From Octopus vulgaris (lineage: Eukaryota): a stretch of 64,000 nt of DNA. The translations under genes and the position numbers were made by a program. Below the pieces are notes generated by a model. It made no database searches, was not told where the DNA came from, and worked only from the letters and a program-made list of their open reading frames with translations. Below are positions 40,523 through 54,087 of the stretch, piece by piece (positions within the stretch are counted from its first letter, which is position 1; each line of letters starts with the position of its first letter). The stretch spans positions 6,634,001 to 6,698,000 of the forward strand of contig OX597820.1 of assembly GCA_951406725.2 (NCBI GenBank), read 5' to 3'.

Positions 40523-41909
40523 GGATGTGTCTACGGGAATTGCAGATGCTGCGAAAGCACAGCACTAAATGTGAAATATTTCACCGTGGGCCCCACCTGA
40601 GCATTGCAACATTATATTAGTTGGTAACGAAGGACGTATTGTCTGTTTCAAAGATAAAGGACGGTTCTTGGGATGCAGAATTTGCTATGTCAAGGATGGG
40701 CTATTGTCTGGAGAGGTCTTTAATATTTGTCGTACCTGTTAGTAAAATGGGACTTTTTGCTCTCTATCATCTGAACTTTACCTCGCATTGTGCACAGCGA
40801 TGTATAACAACATCAGATAATCTGGTCGATCACATTATATATATACATAAGCACACATGATGTTTACAGTAGCGTACGTATGTATGCATATGTGTATGTA
40901 CGTATATGTATTCATATACGTATGTATGTATTTATGTATATTTGTATATGTATGTATGTATATATGTGAATCTCAGTCTCATTCTGGGCGCATGTAATGA
41001 TTGTTGTAAAAAAGATTCAGAAAGAAGAGATAGGGGGAGAGGGGGGAAGGAGAGAGAGAGAGAGGGGAATGAGAGAGAGAGAGAGGAGGAGGAGAGGGGA
41101 TAACCTTGTATAACGGGCCTGCCTTTCGTTCAGGAATTCCTATGGAATCGCAGAGAACCGATAGGAATTACAAGCTGAGCCAAAGCCAACGTCGAAAGAG
41201 AGAAATAAATAAAGAGATAAGTAGGTAGATAGATAAATCAACATTAAATAAACGGCTAACTTAATTTCAAATGAAATATTATTGAAGAGTGAAGCTATAC
41301 GTGAGAGGAATTCGTGACTGCAAGTAGCGCAGTCCATTTGTTAGCAAACACATCATGGAGATGGGAAAGGAAGTATTGCTAATTAGACGTAAAATCGTTG
41401 GAATGCTCTCGAGATATGAGAAGTGAGAAAATCTTTTGTGACAAGCCATTGTAGAAGTGCGTGCTGAGACCTTCACCAGAGACTGAGAGATGTGAAACAG
41501 ATGGAATAAGTTAATGCGGCCTATGTTAAATTCCCACAAAGTAATAAAAGGAGAAATCTAATAAAATTACAAAATTAATCCTCATTAGAACAAATGCGTG
41601 TTCTTTTGAATAGAATAAAACCATTATGATGGCCGGAGCGTTGCTTAAATTGGTAGAAGCAGTTTCCAGTGCGATTAGAGTATTTTCATTAGTATTTAAC
41701 CAGATAAAGATTATTTTAAAAAGATTTGGTATCACAATGGCGGGGAAACAGGCTGATATTAAGAGATTATGAAACCGATTCCATCAGAAGAGATTACTAA
41801 AATTTAACCATAAATGATAAACTCTTTTATGTATTCCTTCGACTTCCATCTTCCAATGATTTTATCTACGTTTCTCTTTTTCTCGCTTCCATTGTATATG
41901 AGTGCAAAG

Positions 41910-42120
41910 TGGCGAACTGGCAGAATCGTTAGCATACCAAGCAAAATGTTTAGCGGCATTTCGTCTGTCGTTACGTTCTGAGTTCAAATTCCGCCGTGGT
42001 CGACTTTGCCTTTCATCCATTCGGGGTCGATAAATTACGTGCCAGTTAAACACTGGGGTCGATGTAATCGACTAGTCCCACTCCCCACAATTTCAGGCCT
42101 TGTGCCTATAGTAGAAAGCA
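41910..42120 (+). mobile_element. SINE S1, full length (tail type T2)
   Basis: ggcgaactggcagaatcgttagca..gagttcaaattccgcc..core..tttcaggccttgtgcctatagtagaaag. Confidence 0.9.
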
Positions 42121-42299
42121 TTATATATGAGTGTGCGTGCATCCATCCATCAAAGAATCCGCCACGGGCACACTTGTGCGTGCACATATCGATGCTTGTT
42201 TTTATGTGATGTTATAAGCTATTACTTTAAATTGAAGGATTACTCAACACCTTTTATTAGAATACAGATTTCTGAAAATAAACATACATAAATAAATAA

Positions 42300-42330
<31 letters not shown>

Positions 42331-43289
42331 CAAACAAACAGACAAATACACACACGCATATACATACGCACAAATTTGGTGATGCAATCAACAAAGTAGG
42401 ACTCAAAAAACATGAGTACATTACCTTTATTATCAAACGAACGGCAGAAGTCACAGTTTCGTGTATTGGTACTTAACTATGTCAATGTACGAAAATCTCG
42501 GGCCTTGAGTCACTCTGTAACTTCTGTCGATTAACAGTTATAAACTATATATACATACATATCTATGTATGTGCTTGCTTATGTGTGTATGCGGTTGTAG
42601 GGGCGAAGGGATATACGGAAATGGACTTAAAAAAGAGAGGCAGTAAAATGTCAGACTATGCATGGATATATTTCGTTACGTCATACTTTTACATAAACCT
42701 CTTTCACATAATTCCATTTCGTACTCATATAACCAGTAATACACTGGAGTCAATTTTCCTCCAATCGATTATATGATTGCATTTATATACAATATAATAG
42801 AGAGGCTTTGTTGTTATTTTATTTGTTGTTCACCCTCGGTCTATCTTAAATATTGCTGTTTGTGTATTTTTAACCCCTGGTCGATCAATCATTCATTAAT
42901 AAAATCTACTCAAAAGTATTCCAGCCGTGACAGTCCTCTTTGCGTTGGCTATTCTAGAACAGTATTATACAAATTATATTTTTTCGATTAAGGTAGTGTG
43001 TGTTTTGGAAGACTTAGTTGCTTTTACTAGCAGATCTGTTGACCACTTAGGCGTAGTTAAATTATGTCGTATCAGATACGAATGTTGTTCGCGTTTCTTT
43101 ACAGCTTCCGGTGGTTCCTGAGCAAGAATGCCTTTAATGAAAAGTATTCCAGCCATGGCTTTGTCATTTTTTTTTTTTCGAATATGTTTCAGATTATATC
43201 ATCAGCCTGACCTTCCTTCACCAGGATGTTAGTATGTGGTTACGGATATATTTGGCTACAATTTCTAGCATGCCAAGCAACCATGTTTA

Positions 43290-43455
43290 TACATTATTTA
43301 CATTCGACGGATATTTGTCCTCATCTTGTTTGTTGTTAACACAACGTTTCGGCTGATATACCCTCCAGCCTTCATCAGGTGCCTTGGGGAAATTTCGAAC
43401 ATGGGATCTCAATCATAAGGTATTTTTCAATGTTTCATTATTATTATTATTATTA

Positions 43456-43493
<38 letters not shown>

Positions 43494-43566
43494 ATCACTG
43501 CCTGGAATCGAACTCGGAACTGTGGAGTGAGTAGCACGCGCTCTTAACCACTAAGCCATATACCCG
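43290..43566 (-). mobile_element. tRNA-headed SINE-like element with (AAT)n linker and hammerhead-bearing tail
   Basis: Minus strand: A box TGGCTTAGTGG (43548-43558), B box GTTCGATTCC (43504-43513), (AAT)n, then ggcac CTGATGA A GGCTG..CAGCC GAAA CGTT gtgtt (43338-43383), atgtaaataatgta tail. Confidence 0.75.
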
Positions 43567-43640
43567 TGGTCATATTTAATAATAACAATAACATCGAAAA
43601 ATAGCTTAGGAATGAGAACCCAGGTTTGAAATTTCCCCAA

Positions 43641-43686
43641 GACACCTGATGAAGGCTGGAGGGTATATCAGCCGAAACGTTGTGTT
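43641..43686 (+). ncRNA. type-I hammerhead ribozyme motif (family H4)
   Basis: gacac CTGATGA A GGCTG gagggtatat CAGCC GAAA CG TT gtgtt: intact core, 5-bp stems I and II, ACGT palindrome; predicted cleavage after 43681. Confidence 0.8.
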
Positions 43687-44510
43687 AACAACAAACGAGA
43701 ACAAATATCCATCAAATGTAAATAATGTAAATAGGGTAAATAACGTACCTAATTCCTCATTTCTTAAATTTAGAACCATGTTTATGTTTAATACAGTTCT
43801 TGGCAGGGATGTTTAGCCCCAAGTCAGCCCTAACTGAGAAAAAAAGAATTAAAATGACATGACGGCTCTGTAGAGTCATGGATCTTCCCATATATACTGC
43901 ATCTTGGACTCCATTATCTAAAGTGTTCCTTCGTTTCCAAGATATTAGGGTAAAGATTGCTCTTCCATCTTTCAGTCTGAATAAAATAACTGGGCGCAGC
44001 TGTTTAGGAGCTGGTGATAAGGCGCGGTTGGCTGAACATTCAATCTGGTTTGGCGACAATATCTCTTAGCGCTGGAGGCAAAAGTACACATACACACGCG
44101 CATGCAGAAATATACTCATAGAGATAGAGGAGAGAGAAATGTTAAACACACAGACAAACATTAACAGATACATACATAAACAGAGAGAGAGAGAGGGGGA
44201 GGTCGGAGAGGAGAGAAAGATAGACAGACAGAGAAGCAAACGAGAGAAAATTAAACGAGGGAAAACTATAAGACGTCTTATATCAAATAAGTTCGTATGG
44301 AATCAGTGACATAAAGCAAGTGGCACCAGAACGGCTCTGTCACAACACCTCATACCCATTTTCGGGGCATCCAAAGCAAGTTTCCACAGATAACAAATAT
44401 ACAGTGGTTGGCCACCTACCCCAGTATCCTGGCCAATATACTCTATGGATCAAAAGAGTAAGAATTCTAATACGATGGTACCAAATAGTGGGACCCCGGA
44501 CTGCGAGATA

Positions 44511-44668
44511 AGAGGCTGACCAAGAACCCGCTGGCTTGACACCATCAGGAGTGATACCGGAATGGACATGGCCAGTCTGAAGGAAGTGGCCCAGGATAGA
44601 ACTGACTGGAGGACACTGATCCAACGAGTGACCGAGAGTCGACTTCGATTGAGCGGATAGAGAGAGAG
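44511..44668 (+). mobile_element. RTE-clade (BovB-like) LINE 3' end
   Basis: Translates RG*PRTRWLDTIRSDTGMDMASLKEVAQDRTDWRTLIQRVTESRLRLSG*, the typical RTE C-terminus; short GA tail. Confidence 0.85.
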
Positions 44669-45332
44669 GTTGACTTCATCTTTTACCCGAGGTGATTTTA
44701 GAGAAAAATCATCGCGTTATAAGAATTAGGAACGAGAGAGCGGATTAACATTTTATCCCCTCTTCTCCTGTATGAAATCCTTGAAAATGGCGGCTGAGGG
44801 CGCCACGTCATCTGACAAATATTTCAAAAGAAACAGAAGAATATGCTTAAGCGATAAATCAGAAAGTCTCCGGCCACCCGACATAAATATGCTGTAATTC
44901 GTAGGTCAGCTTTGTAAAGAGGATAATTCAGTTTTTCTCTCAAAGCTTTGGTTAAGTTGCTGCCGTGTTCTCTTGTGGCACGCAAAGTTAATATAAACAA
45001 CAACAAAAAAAGGTAGAGGAAAACGAGTAAATATTGTTAACCTTAATGGAGAATTTGCGAAGCACAAATTGAACGAGCAACATACATACGATTATCTAAA
45101 CAGTATGGCGGAAATGACATGATCTAACAAATACCTCGTTCAATTGCTGGCTCTGTTCCATCGTTTGTCAATGGTGGACAAGAAGTTTGTTTAACACTGC
45201 TTCAACACTAATGCTCATACTTTGTAAATAGCTGTCCATGTCATTTTTAGAAGCGACTGAACAATACGCATGCGTGTGCCTGCGTGCGCGTGTATGGATG
45301 TATTATGTATGTATGTATGTAGACATATGTAC

Positions 45333-45382
<50 letters not shown>

Positions 45383-45547
45383 ATATATATATATATACAT
45401 ATATACATACATATATACATACATACATACATATATATATATATACACATATATATATGTATATATATATGTACACATATATATATGTATATATATATAT
45501 ACATATATACACATATATATATGTATATATATATATATACACATATA

Positions 45548-45594
<47 letters not shown>

Positions 45595-45678
45595 ACAAAG
45601 AGAAAGAGGGGAAAAGAGGGATAGGGAAAGAGGAAAAGTGTGTGACATACGTCGAGAGTGAGACATAGAAATGTGAGC

Positions 45679-45718
<40 letters not shown>

Positions 45719-46214
45719 CGACTATGTATGTATACATATGTATGTAAGTAAGAATGCATATGTATAGAAAAATTGAGAGGGAGAAACATTGAGAGACAGC
45801 AAGAGTGCGTGTCATACGTCGAGAGTCAGACAAAATTATGTGAGCATATATTTGTCTGTGTATGTTTGTATGGATAAATACACACACACATGTATATATA
45901 TATACATACATATAAATTGATAGATAGATAGATATAGATAGATGAGAGATAGGCAAATATAGATAGATGAGAGATAGACAGATATAGATATATGGAGATA
46001 GATAGATAGATAGATAGATAGAGTTTACATGCTCGCTAGATCGAAACCTACTCTAGCTTATCCCCAAAATTTAAACGAATTAAATAAGTAATAATTCTCG
46101 GTCATTTTTACTAATTGATTCCTTTATTTCATAATCGCTGCCAGTATTATTACTAAACTTACAAACCGCCATGCACACATACGCACTCACGCATGCAAAT
46201 ATATATATATATAC

Positions 46215-46400
46215 ACCATGATAGATCGTTAACCACTACACACTTATTTCTCTCCTTGTTTTTTCTGTGCCCCTTTCTGTAGAAGAGCGTAGGCTCGAAA
46301 CGTAAAAGACTTTTTCTATTCCTGAGCGCTATACTAATACATCTGTTTGTTTTGTATACCACCCGTCTTCGTCTTTTGTTTTTTTCGTAAACTCTTCTAT
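46215..46400 (+). mobile_element. H1-family repeat with hammerhead variant
   Basis: cttt CTGTAGA A GAGC gtag GCTC GAAA CG TA aaag at 46273-46308; (TA)n both sides. Confidence 0.8.
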
Positions 46401-46458
46401 ATATATATAAACACACACATATACATATATATATGTAAATGGACACAAACATACGTAC

Positions 46459-46499
<41 letters not shown>

Positions 46500-46537
46500 C
46501 ATGCATCACATATAGAGCGTATACATACATACACATA

Positions 46538-46817
46538 TAGTGGCGGACAGGGTCTAAAAATATTGGAGACTAAGTGGGCCCACCCGCAACTAGAATGCCA
46601 TCATTTAATATTTTTTTTCTGTTAAAAGTATTCTTTTTAGCTGTCTACAAACACAGCCAGGCTGAATTAATGCGTTCTTCCAGGAGTGAATAAAAAATTC
46701 TCAAACTTGAGGGGATGGACCCCTTAAATACTAACATTAACCCCCATATATGGATTCTAACGGCGCAGTGGACCACTTGCCATTGGGCAAGCTAGCAACC
46801 TGGCCAGTCCGCCACTG
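46538..46817. mobile_element. hAT-type MITE
   Basis: TIRs tagtggcggacagg / ccagtccgccactg; 8-bp flanks tacacata / cacacata (7/8 match). Confidence 0.7.
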
Positions 46818-47432
46818 CACACATATATTCCTTCACTCACATACGCAAACATATGTGTGTGCATACGTGTGTGTGTTTGTATATTTGTGTTTTTGAGAGA
46901 ACAAGCATGGCTTTTCTTCGACCAGTGTTACGATGGAAGCTTAGAAACTTGTGGTTGTCATTACAACATCTTGTTACTTTCTGATTTTCCTCCAGCATGG
47001 CACCCATCACCTCCATTTCCTGAGCCTGACGCTCATAACGGTGATGCCATCCATGTCCCAATTGAATGACCCCTAATGTTTTTAACCTCCTCAGAGAAGG
47101 ATGTGGCGCCATATTGAAGAAAGAAGTGTGCCACCAAGCTTGTTTGACCGATAAAGTAATGCTAGATGGTTTGAGTAAATGATAATTTAGTGGTAGGACC
47201 ACCGAACAGATGGCGCTGAACACTAATGACCCAACCACTGAGTAGGACGTAGGCAAAACGTTGTATGATTTAGGACAACTGCCAGATGGCGAGGCCCATA
47301 ACTGTTCGATGTTTTAGAAGGATCAAAATTTGATCGCAGCTCCGCCGAACTACGATCTTTCTTTTCCTCCTACCTCTCTCTATCTATTTTTTTCTCTCTC
47401 TCTTTTATATACATCGATACATACATACATTC

Positions 47433-47484
<52 letters not shown>

Positions 47485-47562
47485 GTATGTGTATATACAT
47501 CTACATATGTATATATATATATATATGTGTGCGTGTGTATGTGTGTGTGCATATACATCTAC

Positions 47563-47604
<42 letters not shown>

Positions 47605-48001
47605 GCGTGTGCATGTGTGTTTGTGTATGTATGTATGCATTTATGAATGTATGTTTACAGGCAATGATAATAACGATAGCGATACCAATTCCGAATGTAT
47701 ATTATACCAGTGCAACATTAAAACGTGTGTGAAATAATGAAGAATGGCGTGCCTTGAAATTATTATCAGCAGGAAGCGAGGATATGCAGCCAATTTGATT
47801 CGATTAACCCTTAGAAAGTCTTGGAATTGTAAAGAAGGACAGCTGTAGAGTTGCAGATATCGGAATCACTAGTTTAGTACTTCCACCTTTAGAAATTCTG
47901 TTTATCTTATTTAATATAAATTAAACCGAGCTTTGGAACACAACTGTATTCTCTCTGTTTAAAATTCCACTCAAATGTCTACATCTCCTGTTCAACGGTG
48001 G

Positions 48002-48046
<45 letters not shown>

Positions 48047-48120
48047 GCTATCTAGCTGTGTGTGTCTATAATGACTATCTGTCCTTCTCATTCACTAATC
48101 CTCTTTCCTTCTCTCTCTCT

Positions 48121-48163
<43 letters not shown>

Positions 48164-48242
48164 CCAGCTTAGAGAAGAAGAAGAAACGAAACGAAACGAA
48201 ACGAATCGAATCGACGCGAGGGCGATCAGTCATACAATAGTG

Positions 48243-48287
<45 letters not shown>

Positions 48288-48289
<2 letters not shown>

Positions 48290-48686
48290 TTCAGCAAAAT
48301 TTAGATTCAGATGAATATGGTACTTAAGTTAAAGGCACAAGAATTTTGTATGGTATTATCCATATAAATCAACTGGGGTGATTATAATAAAAAGAAGCAA
48401 CAAGGATATCGAAGGTAGTGTAGTACAATCGTTTAATGCTACTTCATTTTATTAAACACTAAGTAATACCTCAGTTTGAAAATGTCGAGCAATCTTCAGC
48501 CACATATAGAATTTTCCAGTTAAACGGACAATGCACATTCTTATCCCTATTTTATTTGCCAACATTATATATATATACTTATACTTATTTCATATAAATC
48601 TAAGAATGTGCATTGTCCGTTTAATTAAAAAAATTCTATATGTGGTTGAAGATTGCTCAACATTTTAAAACTGATGTAATACTTAC
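48288..48686. mobile_element. H2-family element with inverted partial copy
   Basis: Minus copy 48288-48567 plus plus-strand copy 48601-48686 give ~80-bp inverted arms; TA tracts at both ends. Confidence 0.85.
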
Positions 48687-50216
48687 AGGATATATATATA
48701 TAAATGTATGTGTGTGTCTGTCTGTGTGCGTGCGTGTGCTTGGGTTATAATCAAAATACTACAAAAGCAGTTGTAACTTATTAGCAGGTGTAGGTCGTTT
48801 GGATTGCTGATGCTGGTGATGTAACTCTCTTCTGTATGAAGAGTGAGGAAGCTCTGAACATCCTAGTTTGCCGATTCTCTCATTTGTTGCTAAGGATGTG
48901 GCCACACATTGCGTGGGTGAATTTGAATCGTGTCCCGTTCCGTGTCTTCCACCAGACTCTCTCAGATTGTTAACCTTTTTTTTTTATTGTTCACCGTACA
49001 ACATCATTCCAGAAATTCAAGGTGAATGTCGTCCTTGTCTTCTCCCAAAACTGTCACAATATTTTCCTGCGTCACTCACTGCTTCTTGAACATGTTAGAC
49101 CTATTAAAGCAGCCAGCAATGCTGATGGCGGATTCCTTGAATAGGTGTGTGATAAAAGGATTCTCTATATGTACCTCTATGCGCGACTGTGTGCTTATCT
49201 GTCTCTCTCTCCATGTCTCTAGCTACAAAACAGTGTAGATATATCCTCGTAGATATCCTTCATTAAATCAAAACAATTATCTCCTTAACTAAATCTTCCA
49301 CTAACTCTTTCACTCTCTTTCACTCTCTTTCTATATACATTCATAGATACAAAAGTACATAAATACATACATGTGTGTATGTGTTATATATGTATTGATG
49401 CGCGTGTATGTTCATGTGTTTGAGTATGTGTCTGTGTGCGTGGGAGGTGTATGTGCGTGAGTGTGTGTATTGTGTGCATCTCGGTATAATTAATTCGGCT
49501 CCACTTTGCGATGTATTTAGTATATCGGTTTATCACTTTTATATTTCCCCTGTGATTAGAAATGAATAAAGGAGAATTATTATATGTTGATATATCACTT
49601 CACAAAGATCTACAATCAAGACATATGTCAAGCAAGCACAAGGAATTTCATCATCATCATCATCATCATCAACTACTGCTCTCTTCCTCCTTCTTCTCCT
49701 TCCTTCCCTCCTCTCCTCCTAATTATTATTATTATTATGTTCTTAAATTGTCAGATGTATATCATCTCGCTATTCCGTTTTGTGGATTTTACACGGTATC
49801 TACGCAGAAATTTTAAATATAATACGTACTAATATAATTGTATTCACTCAATGTTCCTTATAAAAAAGAGAATTTAAAAGGAATTTAAGAAAAAAACAAG
49901 AAAATCTAAGAAAAAAATAAAACTAATTACAGTATTTAAAGACGTCTCCAAAAAAAAATTTTAATGAGGGGAAAAACACGTAGTTCTGTTTTAAAGAACG
50001 TATGTAGTACGAAGAGACAGCAATTATTTTCCAACACTCATTTTTTATTCACATTTTCTACCTCAAAACAACGAACCCTCTGTAGAGATTTCCAGGCAGG
50101 AAAAAGAAACATTTTTTGACAGGATCAATGAAGTTTTGGTCGAAGAGGAAGATCTGTTTCCTCAATACTTACAGTCTCGCCCATGATAGAAACTATTTCG
50201 GCCACAACTACTAGAT

Positions 50217-51206
50217 AACCCTTCCTACGACAGGCACAAAGGCTGAATTTTGGGATGGGAGGGAGCAGTCGTTTACATCGACCCCAGTATTCAACTGGTA
50301 CTTATTTCAACGACTCCGAAAGGATGAAAGGCAAAGTTGACCTAGGTTGAATTAAGGACGGACGAAATGCCGCTAAGATGTTTGCTTGTCCTTACGTCCT
50401 TTATGCTGACACTTCAACCACATGAGAAAATTTAGACACGTCTCCCTTCTATGAACATTATTTCAACTGAATATCCGCACATATATTTTTGTGTTTTTTG
50501 TTTGTATTTCCCGTAAATATATGCCCGATATTTCTTTAGAATTACTTCCGAGTATAGAGGATAAATTGGTTTAAGAGAATGATTAAAGCGGATTAAGAAT
50601 GTAACGGTTATCCTATTGTGGCACTTTGCAGACAATAATTGTAGCTTTTGTTTCACATTAGACATTTTGGGATTTTAGAGAGAAAGGAATATATTTAGCA
50701 TTAAATATATTTAATCTATTCGTCGACGACAAATATTTCTGTCTTGTTTAAACATTTATCTCATCTGACACCCGTTTATCCCAGTTCTGTACGGTTCTGT
50801 CAACGGCCCCAGCTGAGGGAAATGTTTATGCGATAAGATTCTTCTTTCCAAAACTCCTGTTCCCCCACCTCAGTCAGGTTCCTATTCACGCATTCCACCA
50901 AAGTTTGTGGTTCACTCCTGCTCAATCGAAGATCACTCTTCATTCCAGATCAGCAACCCTTCCTACGACAGGCACAAAGGATGAAGTTTGGGATGGGAGG
51001 GAGCAGTCGATTACCTCGACCCCAGGTACTCAACGACACCGAAAGGATGAAAGGCAATGTTGACCTCGGTTGAATTTAAGGCAGACGAAATGCCGCTAAG
51101 CTTTTTGCCTGTCCTTACGTCCTTTACGCTGTCACTTCTACCACATGAGAAAATTTAGACACGTCTCCCTTCTATGAACATTATTTCAACTGAATATCCG
51201 CACATA
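50217..51206. repeat. local direct duplication (~260 bp: S1 SINE plus unique flank)
   Basis: 50217-50483 vs 50955-51206 share SINE and non-SINE sequence. Confidence 0.9.
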
Positions 51207-51374
51207 AATCCGGTATCCCTGACCTTCCTTCATCGCCCTTTAGGGGGCTCTCCTCCTAACGGGATGTCTGTTATATATTCTTCAGTAACAGTTGTAATAG
51301 AAAGTAAATCGGTTTTAAAATGTCTACTTGAACTTTGACTTCCTGGTTAGAAAAATAAATTAATATAATTAATA

Positions 51375-52035
51375 TTGATTTCAAATTTTCGCACACGGCC
51401 AGCAAGTTCGTGGGGAAGGGATAAGTCGTTACATTGACGCCACGACTCAATTGGTATTCATTATATCGACCCCGAAAGGATAAAAATTAAAGTCGACCTC
51501 GACGGCATTTGAACCCAGAAAGTAAAGAAGGACGAAATGCTGCCAACTGTTTTCCCAGGAGTGCTAACGAGTCTGCCAGCTCGCCGCCTTTTTATCAGAA
51601 TGATAATCCTTTCTATTATAGGCACAAGGCCTGAAGTTTGCGGGACGACGATAGTCGATTATATCGATCTCAGTACTCAACTGGTACATAATTTATTGAC
51701 CCCGAAAGGTGAAAGGCAAAGTGAACCTCGGCAGAATTTGAATTCAGAACGTAGCGACGGGCGAAATACCTATTTCTTTACTACCCACAAGGGGCTAAAC
51801 ATAGAGAGGACAAACAAGGACAGACAGACGGATTAAGTCGATTACATCGACCCCGGTACGTAACTGGTACTTAATTTATCGACCCCGAAAGGATGAAAGG
51901 CAGAGTCGACATCGGCGGAAATTGAACTCAGAACGTACCGGCAGACGAAATACGGCTACGCATTTCGCCCGGTGTGCTAACGTTTCTGCCAGCTCGCCGG
52001 GCGAAATACCGCTAAGCATATCGTCCAGCTCGCCG
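51375..52035 (-). mobile_element. cluster of three or more SINE S1 units
   Basis: Three gaccccgaaagg..aaagt..acctcg cores; head-core-T1 joined to head-less core-T2 at 51769/51770. Confidence 0.88.
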
Positions 52036-53468
52036 ACATTTTATCATAATATAATAAGAATCTCCTCTTCCACCTCCTCCTCCTCCATCAGTACCAGAAG
52101 TAGTAATGGCGACAGCAGTAGTAAGAGGAGAGACCGCAATAACACCATTACTAATTTCAATATTATATACCATTATTATCTTCGTTAATATCACCATTGT
52201 TGTCATTCGCCGTTCAGATTATTGTTGATGTTGTGTTTCTTGTTGTTGTTGTTGTTGTCATTAATGTTGATGTTCTGATTGATGCTGCATTTCTATTATT
52301 CTGTTCACTCCCGGGAATGCTATTATGACAACGCAGCACCGAATGGGTTAAATTCCTCAGTTAATCTTAGCATCATCTAACGGTAGACTGCGCTTATTGG
52401 ATTAAGAGGATACATTACTATTAACAACAACAACAGCATCAATCACAACAATAACTATATCTACATTAACAGCAACAACAGTGAATGTAAAATCGACAAA
52501 AGCAAACACAACAACAACAACAACAACAACAACAGCGAAACCAACGCTATCGCCAGCAACGAGGAGAACAACAGCAATTATAAGGATGCAAGCCAAAACA
52601 ATCACGGTATCGCTCGAAGGAAAGAATGGTTGATTATAACGTCGTGGTTAACCGAATCATTATATTTCTTGAGAATTTCATGCAAGCGATTGAGCATTTG
52701 TTCATATCTAAATAGAGAATGTTTAAATATTTAGTCACACCGTGAATCCGTCCTAATCAGTTTTATGTCAAGATTTGGCAATGCCATGGACCACTGCGTT
52801 GGATTTCATACACCTTAACCATTCCAGTGCAGTTCAGTCGGTTACTTCTTTGGTCTTTGTAAAACCATGAAAGCGAAATCTATGAGATAAAGGGAATTCG
52901 GTTATGAAGAGTACAATTAATCACGATGTCTTTTGATGTGTATGTAGGACCCCGACAGTCTTATAATGGAGTATCTTTCGCATTTGCATCATTCTAAATT
53001 CAATTCTTGTAAAGGTGCCATGAACTCTGCGAGCGGATATCACTCAATTTAGTGTAGTAGCTTTAATCCGTTACCCGGTTTAATATAACCACCAGGACGT
53101 TAGATGGCTTTGAAACTATTCACTGTCTTGCAGAGAAATTGGGGTAGGTTATGAGTGTGAGGAAACACACAGCACCCTACTATGCTGTTCGGTTCTTCAC
53201 AAAACCACATTATAGGCAGCCCGTCCTCCCGCTTTTGTTAAACCCAAATATAAATATGTGTATTTCGATTTAAAAGAAGGATTTTTTAAAAATTAGTGTA
53301 AACATGAGTAAGAGGTAATGGTGTCAAGAAGACCCAAAGGTGTCAGGTAATGCTGAGTAAGTGCTATGGACAGACTATAGTTAAGGTCCAGGCCCGGTGA
53401 TTATGCGAATGCGGAGTCCAACGTAGGTTGTATATCAGCATGTGTGTATATATAAAAAAAATTATCAG

Positions 53469-53622
53469 AATGAGATAAAAATCGAAGGTTGTGAAACATT
53501 TCAGAACATTTATAAATAGGTCTTACAGCCGTTTGCGGGATATTTTATTTATCCCGAAACAGCTGTAAGACCTATTTATAAATGTTCTGAAATCTTTCAC
53601 AGCATTGGATTTTTATCTCATT
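53469..53622. repeat. ~73-bp fold-back palindrome centred on hammerhead stem II
   Basis: Arms 53469-53542 and 53550-53622; centre cgggata-ttttatt-tatcccg followed by AAACAGCTGTAagacc. Confidence 0.9.
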
Positions 53623-53655
53623 ATGTTTATATATATATATATATATATAGCCCCA

Positions 53656-54046
53656 GGAGTGGCTGTGTAGTAAGTAGCTTGCTAACCAACCACATGGTTC
53701 CGGGTTCAGTCCCACTGAGTGGCATCTTGGGTAAGTGTCTTCTGCTATAGCCCCGGGCCGACCAATGCCTTGTGAGTGGATTTGGTAGACGGAAATTGAA
53801 AGAAGCCTGTCGTATATATGTATATATATATGTATATGCGTGTGTGTGTGTTAGTCCCCCTTGCATTGCTTGACAACCGATGCTGGTGTGTTTACGTCCC
53901 TGTCACTTAGCGGTTCGGCAAAAGAGACCGATAGAATAAGTACTGGCCTTACAAAGAATAAGTCCCGGGGTCGATTTGCTCGACTAAATGCGGTGCTTCA
54001 GCATAGCCGCAGTCAAATGACTGAAACAAGTAAAAGAGTAAAAGAG
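53656..54046 (+). mobile_element. SINE S2, full length
   Basis: Near-identical to 39033-39437. Confidence 0.93.
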
Positions 54047-54047
54047 A

Positions 54048-54087
<40 letters not shown>

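Noticed and set aside
43491-43566. tRNA gene (also the SINE heads at ~19300, 39033, 53656)
   Set aside because: A/B boxes present but no complete cloverleaf or acceptor stem; these are SINE heads
48760-48975. Minus-strand stop-free frame of ~70 codons
   Set aside because: Bounded by a stop, no ATG, purine-rich acceptor context and no recognised homology
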